DNA of 61,588 nt, filler included, from Sphacelaria rigidula (GCA_964200075.2; 7 parts of 7 records of this genome joined end to end with filler, not necessarily neighbours in it), one strand, 5' to 3'. Shown: positions 12,235-26,537, numbered from the whole stretch's first letter. Program-made: numbers and translations. Notes: generated by a model not told the origin, from the sequence alone.

Positions 12235-14446
12235 TCTGCTGAAGAAAACGGTAAAAATTCCAATCGTCTGGGGAAAAATACTGCATAAAAACAACTAAAG
12301 TTGCCCAGTTGATGATATTAGTACCCACTAGTGTTGAGTGTAAAGTATGATACTCGGGTCTCATCGGGGGATGGTCGAAGCTGCTCGGTAGGGCACGCAG
12401 CCCAGTTGTGGTCTGCCAAACCGCTTTGCCGGGGCACGGTATGTACCCTGTTGCGCGAGTTCTCGGTATGCGTTGTGTGAGGGGCCATTTCGGGGGCTTG
12501 ACACGAAGCAAGTGCAATGTACCAACCATGAAGTTTAGTCACCACTTCCGCTGGCGCACCTCATTTTGGTGTGCCCGATCATCGATCATGCGTGCATGTA
12601 TGCTTGTGTTGGACGCATGGTTGGGCCCTTATGAGCTGTTTTTACCCTTTTCATACTTTTCACCCATTTTCATGACTATTTTATCATACAATACATGAAG
12701 ATGATGGAAAACAAAATAAAGCCTGTTAGTTGCGACCCTGCACATTGCTAGACGTGAATTAATTATTCCGCCACCGCGACGGGAAGGTTTTCGTGCGGTG
12801 CTGCTTGCTGCCTGCATGCTACATAAGTAGTTTGCTTCTCCGCAGCGTCGCCTTTTGTTTTCACTCGAGCCCGTATATCTCCCCCTGTGTCTGCACACCG
12901 ACGCTGCTTGAATATGTCCCCCTTCTCCCCTTCCCTAAATAAGTACAGGAACGAGAGCAGACAGAGGTCGAACTGGAGAGGGGCATGGAAGCACATGCTC
13001 AGGTTAGTTGTTTTTGGAATGAGTGCTGCAAAATGCAATCTTTTTTTCGTTATCCCCCCCCTCGAAATCGTGTCGCGTTTTGCATTTTTTTGCCGCAACA
13101 GTCTTTCGTTCGACTATGTCGTACTCCACCGACGGGCGGGTTCCACGTATGCCCACCGTGTCTAAGTAAAGGAGACACCGCGATTGCTGAGCAGTGAGTG
13201 AGAAGCGCCTTTGCCTCTTTCGATTTTTTTGCTTCATTATCATACCCTGGACAAAAGAGTACTGTGACGAAAACCATACTGCTTACAGGATCGACGACTG
13301 CGTCATGCAAGAAACAAGATATTCTACTAGTGGTGAGCCATGGCTGACGCCCGTGGCAGCTCCGCCGCAGGTACAAACGCCACGGGTTTGGCACGCGTGG
13401 TGGTTTTGAACAAAATTGCGAAAAGCGAGGAGGACTTGCCCCATAGTTAATAAGTACAAGGTATGAGTAAATAAGAGCTTCTAGCCCCACAGCTAACATG
13501 ATGAGCGTTAGGGGTGCTAAACGCGGGGGGATTGCTACCCTCCGACCAGTGTCCGGGCTGTTCGGCAACATTCGACTAACCATCGTCCCGTGTCCTTCGC
13601 TTCTTGGGATACACTTGATTTCAGACCACGTTTTTGACATGGAGAAATCGTGCGTTAAGGTAACGCTCTTCGTATTCAGACGCCACATATAACTCCACAC
13701 CAGTGACACATTTCGGGGGTTGATGCTTTGTCTCGAGTGCTTTTCAAGCCGACCCTCGAAACCCGGAGAAGAAATAGGCCATTGTCCCATTTTCCCCGCT
13801 GAGCGCGGGACGTGCCCTGGAAGGGGTTTTATAAACCAGTGGATGCATTCGGGCTCTAAGCACACAACGCAAAAAATAGCGAACGCACTCCGGCCTTGTA
13901 GTTGGTTCGAAACAATATCCAAGAGTCTTTTTGTTTCTTTCCCTCCAAGGAAGGAATTAGGGGGCAATACTTCTCTTGTGTGCGTTTATAGAGCAGAAGC
14001 GGCGGGCTTGGTCTTTCCGCTGCATGATTTCTTGATTTTCGCCGCTAGCGGTGGTTCCTCTGTGCATGAGTGCGTGTGAACTGTGGCACTGGGGGTGTGC
14101 GTACCGTGGCGTGCGCTATCTGCCGGCTCTGTTGTGTGCGGGTCGATTCAAAAGTGGTGTTGGTTGGACCGGCGGGTCTGCACAACTGTCCTGTTGAACT
14201 GGTTCTGCTACTCTGCCGGCAGGTCCTGTTGCCCTTTCTCAATCGGTGCGAAGTGTTGGCGTGTTTGCCAAGCAAGTTGTGCGTTGGAAGACCTCATTTA
14301 GACAAAAGCGCGTCCTGCGCAAGCTAGGAGCGCAGTTCCCATTAAAGTTCCAGATACCAGTGTCCACAATATATCCAAGTCGAGGCAACTTCACGTCACG
14401 AAGTGGTCAACTCTACCTTAACATCCGCGAAACAGAAGAAATATAT

Positions 14447-14635
14447 GTGCACCCAGGGGGCAGCGAAACAAAAATTCAGGACACTTAGGCCCCAAGGTCG
14501 AAAATTCGAGTTTTTAAGGGCGCGGGGGGGGGGGGGGGGCCCCGAGCCGGGGGTCCCCTGGTTTTTGGCCGAGGCGGGGGNNNNNNNNNNAAAACAAACG
14601 ACCAGCAGGCCCCGCGGGAGAGGTGGCGATGGGGT

Positions 14636-14669
<34 letters not shown>

Positions 14670-15450
14670 CGAGCCGTGTGTCCCCTAGTTTTTGGCCGAA
14701 GCGTGGGCGGATGCGGTCAGCTGCCGTATACAGTAGAGATCCTCACATATTATGTTTCATATATTATACTTCATATACTGTGTTTCATGTAATATATTTC
14801 ATATAATATAGGTCTATATTATAGTTGTATATTATACATATGCTTCTCCTTAATATATACTACAATATACATACTATATAAATATATTTTATATATTATG
14901 TACAATATATTATATACAATATATTCATATATCTATCAAGGGGCAGTATATACTATATTATATAATATGTATGATCCTTATTTTATATATCATGTTGATA
15001 TATATAAAAAATTGTAAAAGATTGGAAGCAAACATACACCCCGCAAAGCCCACCAAACTTGTCGGATTTTGTCAATGTTCATTGATCAATTTCTCGCAAC
15101 AAAGTTGAAAGAAGATATATAAAAAATCAGGACAATTCTATTTGTCTAAAACGTGCCCTCCGGCATCTGAGGTCATCGGGACAGAACGGGCAAGGAGCAG
15201 AAGCAGATTTACAAACCCCGCAAAGCCCACCAGACTCTTGTGCTTTTGTCAGCGTTTATTGATGAATTTCTTGTGACAAAATCAACAGAAAAAATCAAAA
15301 CAGCGTGATCAATTTATTGCGACAAAGTTGTCGAAAAAAATCGAAAAAATCAGGACAATTTTCGGAAAAATGCCCTCCGGGAGGGGGGGGGGGACGGGGG
15401 GGGTGGCCTACGTGTCCGAAAATTTTCTCCGCGCTGCTTCCTGGTGCACC
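14447..15450. mobile_element. About 1-kb element with imperfect TIRs enclosing an AT-rich low-complexity tract (14745-15010) and direct repeats (15035-15380)
   Basis: GTGCACCCAGGGGGCAGCG...AAAATTCAGGACACTTAGGCC versus inverted GGCCTACGTGTCCGAAAATTTT...CGCTGCTTCCTGGTGCAC. CCCCGCAAAGCCCACCA occurs twice. Confidence 0.6.
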
Positions 15451-16064
15451 CAGGTGCATCATTGACATCTGTGCAACCTAGGATAATGGCGAAAACACTT
15501 GTGGCTGGTGAGTGCCGTATGACCACCCCGACCGTGATGACGTGGATCACACTTTCAATGCAGAGCTATAGCACAACCACTCAGAATACAAAAGTACAGT
15601 AGCATACTGCTGCACTCTCTCAGGGCCCTTTTCATCAAAGGGATTTCACACCCTTGAAAAAAAATTCCCTTTCTTGAAAACGACCTCTAATTTTTCGCTG
15701 CAATACCCCCCCCCCCCCCCCCCCCCCCGCCCTCCCTTTTTCTTTCCTCTCTGCCTCCCTCCTCCTTCCTCTCTCGTTTTCTTTACTCTACCACCCCCNN
15801 NNNNNNNNCCCTTTAACAAAAAGAGATTCCCCCCCCGTTAAAAAAAAGCCCTTCCTTTAAAACCACCCCCTTTTTTTTTCTTTCAAACCCCCCCCCCCCC
15901 CCCCCCTTGATTTTTTTTTCTCAAGCGTGCACAGAAATCCCCTGTTTTTTGGGGATTTCAAGCAGTGCAATAGCACTCTCTGAAATCTTTTCAATAGGGG
16001 ATTTCAGGACACCTCGAAGGGGAACATACATGTCCGGTTGACAGGGGCACATGCAAACGCTCAC

Positions 16065-16177
16065 CACAGAACCAGACACAATCAGAGCTGAACCCGAGGA
16101 ACTTGGTGCCCCTGCAAACCGACAGCACACAGCTCGAGCCGTAGCCTGCTCATCAGCTGCGCATGTTGTGCGTGACC
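16065..16177 (-). CDS. Possible internal exon (…ADEQATARAVCCRFAGAPSSSGSALIVSGSV)
   Basis: CAG| acceptor, |GTGAGC donor and an open frame. LIVSGS is reminiscent of WD40 but not diagnostic. Confidence 0.3.
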
Positions 16178-17732
16178 CTGCTCAAATCTGTTCAAAATAC
16201 TTTGAGAAGTGATGATATGTGTGAGACGCACGCGCAGCGCTTACAAACGGTGAGCAACGACACGTTTTCGGTTATTTTTGACACACGCGGCCGCCATTCG
16301 TCCAATACAGAACGGATTTTCGTCAAACAAAGACTGCCGTGTGTAGATAAGCAAGGGCTAGCGGTGAAACTAATGCGCGTGAGTGGTGGACGTCTGTGCG
16401 TGTTTTTTCGGGGCTAGGTGCGTGAGTGTTGTGTTGCCTCGTTTAATCTTGTGTGGAGCATCACAGAGGCCTTGGACTAACGACTAGTTCCAGACCCGCT
16501 GCAGTTTTAAACCTGCGTGCAGACCTGGGGTTCGATCTGTAGATGGACGGAAGCCCAATAAAAGTACACATGTGGTATAATGCTGTACAATACAGGGCAG
16601 TGTCTCCTTCTCTTCCCGCCTCCCTCGCTGCGTTCCTTCCCTTTGTCCATGGATATCACTAAAGGATCAGACTCCATCAAGCCTCCGGAGAGCGTGACCC
16701 CTTTCTGCGGCCAGCTCTAAAAATTATCCTTTTGACCGCCAGGGTGGGTCACCTGGGTCTTGTACTCATTTTTCAAGTGAAATTATGCCGAAACAATATA
16801 GAACGCGCCATGCGGGTGATACGTGCTCCATGCTCTTCCAAACAGAGGATGAGTGCTATAGAGACGGCGCGGCGAACGTGGCGGTATTGAGGTACAATGC
16901 AGCATAGTAGTGCAGTGGTTTGTCACGGATAACGCGTGTAGCCCTTCGTCTGCGAGGGTAGGTCACCTGCTGAATTGGCATCAAATTCACTTGAAGAAGC
17001 ATGCGTGATTGAGATGGAATACCCGCATTGCGGTCTAGAGATGAAACTGAGGGTCGGATAGGTATTTTCAATTTTTGATATGTGATGATGTGAAGTGAAG
17101 GCTTCGAAATGGAGGGCGCAGGTGGTGCGGAAAATTTCCGTCAGATTAAACCCGTCAAAATGAACCGTTTCTCCGTCACTGTGCCGTACGTCTTGTTGGA
17201 AGCTGGATATGAAGGCGAGGATAAGCCACAACTTGGAATATAGCTACTGTCGTACTGGAGTGCTACAATATTTGAATGTCGACGCGCGTTACTGAAACAC
17301 ACCACTGACCGTTGAGGACCCAACCCGAGCAAACACGCAAAGATATTGGAAGCAAACATACCTCACCAATACATGAATACATATCTTTTTCAAAAGGTCT
17401 TCCGTTGGGGCGTATATGCGCGGAAAACAAAGAGCGGTACCCTGTTTGTGGAAAGGGCAATGGCCTAGACAAGGTATACCTTCTCGTTTTTTGCCTAAGA
17501 AGGGTACGAAAAATGGCCAGATTCAGANNNNNNNNNNNNNNNNNNNNNNNNNNNNNNNNNNNNNNNNNNNNTTAATTAATTAANNNNNNNNNNNNNNNNN
17601 NNNNNNNNNNNNNNNNNNNNNNNNNNNACTACCATTTCCCGCCCTCTGTCCCCATCCGTGCCCTATCGAGGTCCAGTCCTCATCGCAGCAGAAGTGCTTG
17701 CATCACTCCCCTCCCCTTTCCCCCCCCCGCCT

Positions 17733-17772
17733 TCAATGGTCAAACGACTAAGGCGAGAAACGAATGAGTACG
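17733..17772 (+). mobile_element. LINE family A 3' tip between C-rich tracts
   Basis: TCAATGGTCAAACGACTAAGGCGAGAAACGAATGAGTACG. Confidence 0.8.
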
Positions 17773-19203
17773 CTCCTCGACCCCCCCTCCTTTGATACAA
17801 CCCTTGAGTGACGAATTTTGGAGTTTGAAAACCTTCTCACCTGGGGTTCGCAAATCAACCCATGTTACGTCACAGCATCAAGACCAAATTACACTTTTTC
17901 GCTGAACGTGGGTAGAAAACGACTTCAACCCTTTGACGGCGAAAGTAGATCATCCATTGAATCGGCATCACTTACTTGAGAACAGTATGGATGATCCAGA
18001 TGGACGACCCTGCTAAGGGTCAACTGAGAAGAACACGCGGTCCAGCGGGCATGTTCCGGCACTCAGTCGAGTCCTCGCGTCGGCTTTAGTGATCCAGTTA
18101 TTTCATCTACATGCTGACAGCCGTACCCACGGGCTACCATGGTAGACCATGCCAGAAGTGTGTGTGGGTACCACCCCATAGAAGGGGAAAATTCCCACAA
18201 CTGTCCGTCGAGGAACAACATTTGCACATTTAGTTTTTCACTATTCAACGGTTGATATCTGCCTTTTTGTTGCCCAAGCTATCGAGGGAATATTAGCGAC
18301 GCCGGGCTGTGGCGAGAGAGCACGTTCTCGAAACACAATTCATCTGGATCTCGAGAAAAGTTCAACAGCTCAAGAGTTGGGCGTCGGTCGAACGCGGAGG
18401 AGCGATGTGGTCGTGAAGCTTGATAATATATTTACGTTTTATCCCTGTATTACAGTAGGCTACACCAGAAAACTAGGTATGCCCCCCCCCCACCCCCCCA
18501 CCCCCCAACCCCTTCCCCCTCATGTCTCCCCCCCCGCCGCCTTTGAGCTGACAAGGCTAAAGGCCGAGAGCAGCAGCAACAGACTATGGCTCCCTGCGGC
18601 AGGAACAAGCAATACAAATATCAAGTATCAAGACAGCTGCGTGCATGCATCACCTGAAAAAGGTCAACAGCAGCTACGAGTAGCAACATTTTTACACCAG
18701 AAATCGATGAATGCACACGAGAGACCAGGAACACGTGCCAACTGAAATGCATTAGTGTATCCCTCAAGTAAAAATCAAACCAATACAAGTAAGTCAGAGG
18801 CTTTGTACCTCTTCCAACAACTGACATCGACATCACGCAATGTACGACGAGATTGTATAGTTGCAAAATTTCCAGTTTCCTGACACCACAACACACACGA
18901 ACAAAATAACAGTAATTCCTCGCATACCCAGCCATCCATCTTCACTTCCTGCCTCCTCCTCCCCCCCTCGGCCCCCTTTCATTCTGACGATGCCTTTGTC
19001 CCAAAAAAAGAGACGAAAGCAGCGCACACATCACAAGCAAAAATTCATTCACCTAGCAAGCGGTCCAGTCACGACCCCCCCACACACACACCCTAGGGCA
19101 TTTTTCCCCCCCTGTCCGATTCTCGTAGTCGATCATGTATGTGGGTGGTTCGATTCCGATAGGATACAACCAAGGAGCAAATCTTGGCTCAACGTTTCGG
19201 GGA

Positions 19204-22200
19204 TCAAATAGCTGCCGATGAAGACGATCCACCCTCACTGCCCCCGGATCCCGCTCTGGGTCCCGAGGCATGGCGCGCTCTCCCTCTGGAGCGAACGACG
19301 TGCGGCATAGTGACAGCACGCCCGCTGTTGGTGGGGCTCGAGCTAGGAGTGGAGATCACGCCCTGGGGCCCTCTTGTCTGCCACGTACGCGATTGGGTGG
19401 GGGTGAGGGCGCGCGAGGCATGATTGATATTGACTGATCAAGTGCGGCAAGATACGGATGTGTTTCACAGGATTGCCCGTCCACGAAAGGGAGGTGCGCA
19501 TCGAACGGTGCACGAGGTCATGCCTTGGATTATGGCGTCAACTAAAAGCAACACTCCCCACCCCCCGGGTCTGTTCGCGTCATCGATTCCTCCGACCGCC
19601 AAGCACTCCGAGATTCGTGATCCCACGACCATGGGGAAGTAATTTGATACCTCAACATTTTTGAGCGTTGATGGCCGTACTCCCATCCACTCGGTTCCCA
19701 CCGGCTAAACGTTTGACCAAAAAACGTGCAATTGCACCACTGTGTGTATCAGCCCTTATACAGGGACTCTCCTACCGTATACATCTCAAACTCTTCGAGG
19801 CCGAAGGGTTGAAGTTTTCAGACGCGCGCTCTACTTTTTGTCCCGCGTGAAAAAAATACGTGAAAATTGAGCGGTAATGCAAATCACGAAGTCGCTGTCA
19901 CGAATATATATATATATATATATATACAGGGAGTACGCTTCAGTACACACCTGACCCCCCTCTCCCCCCCCGTCCAGACCATCAGCGTTCGATCCTTGAC
20001 TTGTCATCACATTTGGGTTACCCGTGTCCATCATATCCTCCTCCTCAAACGGACTCTGTGCAGACGGTGGGGGAAGCGAGGGGGGGAGGGGGGGGGTCGA
20101 ATATTTTATTATGGTGTTATATGTTGTGTTTCTCAGCGGAACCATTTTCTGAGACATCTGCGGCGCTTCGGGAAACCACCACATCTCGACGTACCCCTCA
20201 ACCGAATATAAAGAAGAGCGTGCGACAGATGACACGTTCTCAAGCGTCAAGCGTTTATCCGAAAGCAAGAGTGGACGTCATCTATCAAATGCAGTACTCT
20301 TTTTTGTCTTCTGTAATTCTCGACGGCAACTACAAGTGACTAAAGCTGACCAGCGCGGAGAAGTGCTGAATAATCGACGAGGAATCGACGAGAATCATCA
20401 CCCGGACAAGAAAAAGCTGAACACGCCAACACTACGGTTTCTAGACTGCTGGTATGCTAGCGCGGCGAACCAGCACAAAGGTTAAGTACTCATTTGGAGG
20501 TAGGAAGAGAGTGGCAGAGTTTCGAACTACGGGTATACCCAATCGTCTGAACGCTCAATCGAAAGGTGTCGTCGAGTTTTCCTACGGCTATTCCACTCTA
20601 CGAATCATAGCGCACTGGAGTGAACAGAAACGGAGCGTGAGTTTCTCGCGTCCCAATCGAACAACACAGCGATTCTACGCCGCTTCTAAAGTGCTGAGGA
20701 AGCGCGCGAGCAAAACGATTTCCCACATGACATCGCCTGAAAAACACCGATCACGAGAGGCATAGCACAAGACACCTGCACCTGCTGGTTCAACGCGACA
20801 AGAAACATTCGGGTTCGGACCGAATAAGACCCCCTTCCCGCGAGACTCGCGCATCACACTGACACTTACACAAAACACCACAATTGTGAATACGCAATGC
20901 AGCTGTTGCGCTCATGAAAATACGCGTGGCGCACCTGGGTAGCGTTGGTGCCCGACTCGTTGTCGGAGTTTTCGTCGTCAGTGTTCACTGGGCTCACGAA
21001 CACCCTGATGACACTTCTATCCTTCACAGGCTGCACATGCAAATAGAAGTAAGGAAAAGAAGCAGTCCGTCCACAACGGGACACGGCCGGGCGCTTTGCG
21101 TCATAGATCAACACCGACACCAGAGGGTTGGCATTACCCCGCGTGCAGTAGGGGGGACGAGGAGAAACGGTGTTCATCCTGAGGTACAACAGATGCTACA
21201 GGCTGGTTCAAGTTCATCCCAAGATTGTGCCATCAGCAAATGCCTTCAGCAATACCTACCCAAAAGCCACACTTATGGTATCATACTGATCGCAATGAAC
21301 AGACCAAGAGGGTGGCAAAGCCGGATTTTAGTCCAAGGCCATAGTGGGAACGTTAAGGGCAAAAAGGTACCTCGACCAATTAGCGCCCTTCAAACTGTTC
21401 TGACATTGAAGCACCAATTCTCAACCCAATTTCCACCCAATCTCTACATGCTTTGGATTGTAGTGATCGCTCTCAGCACGGGGATCCAACAGAAACGCAT
21501 ATTTAGAAACGGCTACTATGGGATCGGGCGATACCCCAAACTGTGGCATTTCAGCGATGTGGGGGTATTGACGTCGTTAGATTTTCGCTGTTCGCTGATA
21601 CCACGGAAGAGTTCCGTTATATTTGTCGTAGAAAAGCTCAGATCGCCCTCAAACTTGGTGATTCCGTAGGTCTTGGTGCTCCAAATGGGAAAAAACAGAA
21701 AGGTAGACAATTTCTCAATGTTTCTCCGTTCTGTAACGGCTTCCGGGGGTCCCGCATGAAGACGCCTGGAAGACGGTACCGAATGCCTCAAAAAAAAAAT
21801 GAGCCTACGATTGTGTATCCAAAGAAGTCGAAGGAACATATGTACACAGCTTGGTTGCGAAACTCGAAGACATCATACAGTTTTTCTCCACATACCCGAA
21901 AAATACGTCTTCATATTAAAACCAAGTACTTGAGAGTTTGCAGGATTCAAGCTAGCTCACTTCATCGCGAACTTCACGCCGTTTCTAGGAGTTAGACCAT
22001 AAAAAATTGCAAACACGTACTACTCGGATGGGCCATTACAAAACTTTCGATGGATGAGTTTTTACTTCTTGACTTTTTGATTTTTCACCGGTTCTCGGGG
22101 ATCCCACGGAGTCCAAGGGCCCCGAGAAGAGGTCCTCGACAACACTGGAACTTCCGAAAATCCATAAAAAGACGAAAGTGCAAAAACCTCGTTCATCGAA

Positions 22201-24796
22201 ATTCTTGTAATGACCCGTAACACATTCGTGCAACTTGTCAGGATTTAGCTCCTAGAAACGGCGTGAAAGTTTGCAGACGAATGTTTCTAGGGTGATACCG
22301 CCGGATTTTATGGCACACAGATTTTTGGCCCACGGGTTGTTCACTTTTGGGACGTTTGACTCACCTTTCGACCCCCAAACAGGGAAAACCGCCAACACAC
22401 GTCTCGGACATTTTTTGCATCACCCCACAAAAAGCCTCGTCTATTTTTCAGATTTGCTTGGCTCCGAGGTTTCGAGATTGGCCGCCGAACAAAAACTGGT
22501 GCGCAAAAATCTGTGCTTGCCGACCCCCGCCAGTTTGCTTGCCAGTTTGAGCGAACTGGCGGGGGTCGGCAAGCACAGATTTTTGCGCACCAGTTTTTGT
22601 TCTGCGGCCAATCTCGAAACCTCGGAGCCAAGCAAATCCGAAAAGCATACTAGGCTCCTTTTGGGGGGGTGATGCAAAGTGTCCGAGACGTATGTTGGCG
22701 GTTTTCCCTGTTTGAGGGTCAAAAGGAGAGTCATACGTCCCAAAAGTGAACAATCCGTGTGCCGTAACATGCGGTTTAACCATGAACCAGCCTGTACACG
22801 GATATACACAGATGGCACGGCTCATCCCCTAACCCCAGCGTCACGATTGAGCTGTGCTGCCAGGTGATTCTTTCATATCCCCCCCCCCTTCCCCCCTCAT
22901 CCTGTGAAATGCACAGAAGAAACGTAACGAGTCTCAAAATGCTGGAGGTACTTTCATCAAGAGTAGGAACAGTGCTCCATCTCGAGAGGTGTGCATGGTC
23001 AATGGTCATGTAATCACGGCAAGCAACAAATGAGAATGCCTGTCCCACACCCCCACACCCCCTCCCACCCCCCGCTCCCGATACGTAATGACCAGCCCCC
23101 AAGTATCGCACGGTGCGATCTTTTAACGGGAGATTTGAACTTCGCTCTACACCCGGCGCCTTAACCTTGCATTACAATGTCTGTCAAACCCTGAGCTCTG
23201 AACTCACCCCACTTGGCACCGGCAGCCATTTGAGGTTGGCCAAAGCTCCCTCGGTCACAGCCTTGCCGACAACCTGAACCTTCGTTTCGGCCTGGTAGCA
23301 GGGTACATATTCCTGAGGTGCTCTCGGGACAACCTCACACAGATACCATACCCTGCTGCTGGGATCCAAATACTGGTGTGTCAAGCATTTCCCCGCCGGC
23401 AACCAGGCAAAATATGCGCGAGTGCCGCACACAGATGGTACACGGAAACGGAGGAAGCGATAAATGGAAAAGATGAGCGAATAAACCGAGAAGTAAACAT
23501 GGGAAAATACTCGACCGACAAGGACGGGGAGGAAAGGGGGCGATGCCCGTTTGGGTATTTTTCCGCAGGTTTACAACAAACATTTCTCGCGGTCGGTCAA
23601 AATTTTCAGAGGTATGAGTGACTTATGAAACCACAGTAACCTGGAGGTCGTAATCCTGGGTAACATCCCGACATCTCGCTGTGGAGCATAGCTTCATCCA
23701 CACCGAATACACGGAAAGGTACGCCACTGATGGGCGCTGTGCCTCGGGGGAAAAGCCGACCATGGAGACGAACAACAGGTACATGGCATCGACGGAGCAG
23801 CGGCCACAAACTCACGAACCCACAACAATGACCCAGCAACACCCACAAAACAGTGATGCCATAAACTGTCTTGTACCTGCGTAGTAATATCACGTGGACT
23901 CGGCGAATGTCATGTATCACGTATCAACCGCAAAAACTACGTGACGGTCCACGAGAAAACTGATGCAACCCTGAACAAACCGCAACATGTTTAAAAACGA
24001 ACCCTATCTTTACGGAACTCTTCTTCTCCTATATATTTTTCCGCACACAAGCCCGACCACTCAAACCCGTAGTCACAGACTTGGACTTGCGCCTTCCGAG
24101 GACCGTCAATGCTATTCCTCACATGAGTTAGAAGCTATATGTTTTTTTCGCATCTTCTGAGACTCTAAAACAAAGCACAAACAGAGGGGGGGGGGACGTC
24201 GAAAAATCAAAGGAGACAAGACCTGCCCTTGACGTGTTGGTCGGGTGTGACAAAATGAACAGATGAGACCCGCCAGTAAATCGACACAACAGATCCGTAA
24301 CTCACGATTACGTAGCCGTGATATTGGTGACGATAGAACTCCACCCCGTCGTCGTGCGTTTTTCGATGGTAGCGCCCGTTCATTAAAGGGTTTCCCGCAC
24401 CCTCCACTCGCAAGTCGTGCGATACCCCACTGTTTCCACCACGGCGGTTTTTCACATCCGCGCCGGCGCGAGCAAGGTCATCGAGCACACAGTCGATCGT
24501 CGCACAAATATTCACGTGTTAGCGCAAGGTCAGACAGAGATAGTTTCCAAGTAATGCCTCCATCCTGTCCTCCCCGATGATTTTGATGACTCGGGAACAT
24601 GACACACTTGTGTTCACGGGTCGCCTCTTACCACCAACGAACGCAACAAACAGCGACCTCAAAAACAAGCTTTCACGCTGTCTCCATGCACCTGTTGTCA
24701 CTGTCTTCCCCAGAGTCTTGCGGATGCTGGTTGCTCTGCCGAGCGCTGCCCCCTCCTCCACCTCGATGCTGCGTGCCTCCACTCCCGCCCCTAGCT
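19204..24796 (-). CDS. 3' part of a spliced gene of unknown function; exons 24796-24692, 23352-23208 (or 23372-23208), 21030-20935, 20055-19951, 19377-19204 (stop)
   Basis: AG/GT-bounded exons with compatible phases: …RVWYLCEVVPRAPQEYVPCYQAETKVQVVGKAVTEGALANLKWLPVPSG / PVKDRSVIRVFVSPVNTDDENSDNESGTNATQ / SPFEEEDMMD…GGQ / TRGPQ…SSAAI*. Confidence 0.6.
22327..22763. mobile_element. Near-perfect foldback element (arms about 215 bp, tiny loop), intronic
   Basis: AAAAACTGGTGCGCAAAAATCTGTGCTTGCCGACCCCCGCCAGTT is mirrored exactly across the centre near 22545. Confidence 0.92.
22890..23038 (+). mobile_element. Diverged LINE family A 3' fragment flanked by C-rich tracts
   Basis: GAGTAGGAACAGTGCTCCATCTCGAGAGGTGTGCATGGTCAATGGTCA...GCAAGCAACAAATGAG. 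Confidence 0.75.
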
Positions 24797-26467
24797 CTAG
24801 AGTTTCGGTCCGGAAACATATTTTGCGCGTCGGCGCTATTCTGTGGACAAAAAACGTTTGCGATAAAAAGTATTGCACATTGACTTCAAGTCGTGTTTTA
24901 TAATCGCGACACGGACACCAACGGTCACCATCCACGTTACGGACGGCAACGGTATAGGAAAACACGCTGCGGCAAACTTCACTGTCATGTTCCATTACTT
25001 TGTTTCGATCATCATACGAGCTGGGCCAGCCGTACAACGCAGGACCCGTGAGCACATCACAACTTCAGCAGCTTCCCGAATCAGCCCGATTTATGCATAT
25101 CGCAGTGAACTGCAGACTTACCTGGTAACATAGAGCTCCGCCGCTGCTCTATTGGCGCAGTTTTGATGATCACATTATTTTACTGTATCAAGGACCAGGT
25201 ACGTCTCATATCGTGGTGTGATGGTGTTCTCTGAGGAGGGGAGGGGGGGAGGGGGGTTATGTAAAATGCGGCAAAATGACTTATGACGACTTTGACATGC
25301 CGAGTAAAGAGTGCACTGGGAATGCTTGCGGGATGGCATCAAACTCATCAGCAGCTCTGTCATGGGGGAGGACATCCCAGCCGCTTGTCACATATAACGA
25401 GCACAGGAAAAAGTATCCAACTCGGACTGGGCTGCAACGCCTTTCGTCAATCCAATCCTCGATTGTGATCGTTCTTCCTCACAGTTGAGAAGAAAAAAAA
25501 ACTGCCAGATTTTGAGGAAAAAATGGTTTTGTGGGGATTCAAACTCGTAACGCATGTAATTGGCGACTCCTTCACCAGTTGGTCCCCCGAGGTGCAGCGA
25601 TGTCCAACAAAAATTTCCACGCGCGGCCCAATTTCACGACTTTTGAGCCAAGGTTTCACCAGGATCTTCTGTGCGCAAGTGAAAGATTCGTGTTGCGACA
25701 TGGGGCCGTTTTTGGTTTCTTCACAGAGTTACGTCATATTTTAGTTCTTCGTAACAATTTCGAATCGCCCTCATTTTCCTTCCTTTCATTTTTTCTTCGT
25801 ATCCCGCACTGTGTTTCGCATCTTGATGAAAATGTCGCCAAAATTTCAGCGCCCAACTCGTCAAATTCAGCCACGCATCACATATTTTGCCGAAAAAACA
25901 GGTATGTTGGCGGGCCCAGCTTGTACACATTTTCAACTATTAAATAGCCCATAACGAGAACGATGTTTTGGACATCGGTTTGTCATGTATATTTCGAACG
26001 CGATTTTGATTAGTATTGATTTTCTCGACATGATCCATTACGGCTAATTATGGTTTTCATGGCAGACGATCACCGTACGTTCACCAGTTTCCATTTTACC
26101 CGGTCGTGACGAAAGATGAGAGCGACGCAAACCGCACAAGACTCTCGAAAACGAAATACTCGTGTTCGAAATTAAACAAGAAGAAACACCACTTCTCTCA
26201 TTCGTGGATTTTTATATTCGGTGACCTTCTGGTTTCTACTCGCAAACATGCACGGTTAGGACAAATCAGAATTCATACGAGTCGACTCGCCATGACGCGC
26301 AAGCAGTCATGCTGTAGAAGCCGCTGGTCCCGCTGGGTCGNNNNNNNNNNNNNNNNNNNNNNNNNNNNNNNNNNNNNNNNNNNNTTAATTAATTAANNNN
26401 NNNNNNNNNNNNNNNNNNNNNNNNNNNNNNNNNNNNNNNNACGCCCCCCCCCCCCCCCCCCCAAAGT

Positions 26468-26537
26468 ATGCTCCGTCTCGAAAGGGGGGCGCGGTCAATG
26501 GTCAAACGACTAAGGCAAGCAACAAAAAATGAGTACG
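26468..26537 (+). mobile_element. LINE family A 3' tip with (C)n-AAAGT target-site duplication, inserted in a MITE
   Basis: C19-AAAGT at 26444-26467 and C13-AAAGT at 26538-26555. Confidence 0.85.

Noticed and set aside
13050-13967. 305-aa minus-strand ORF
   Set aside because: No recognisable motif, coding-like composition or splice support; probably chance or repeat-derived.
19184-19423. Plus-strand ORF DEDDPPSLPPDP… as an exon
   Set aside because: The minus-strand reading fits better as the terminal exon of the phase-consistent chain.
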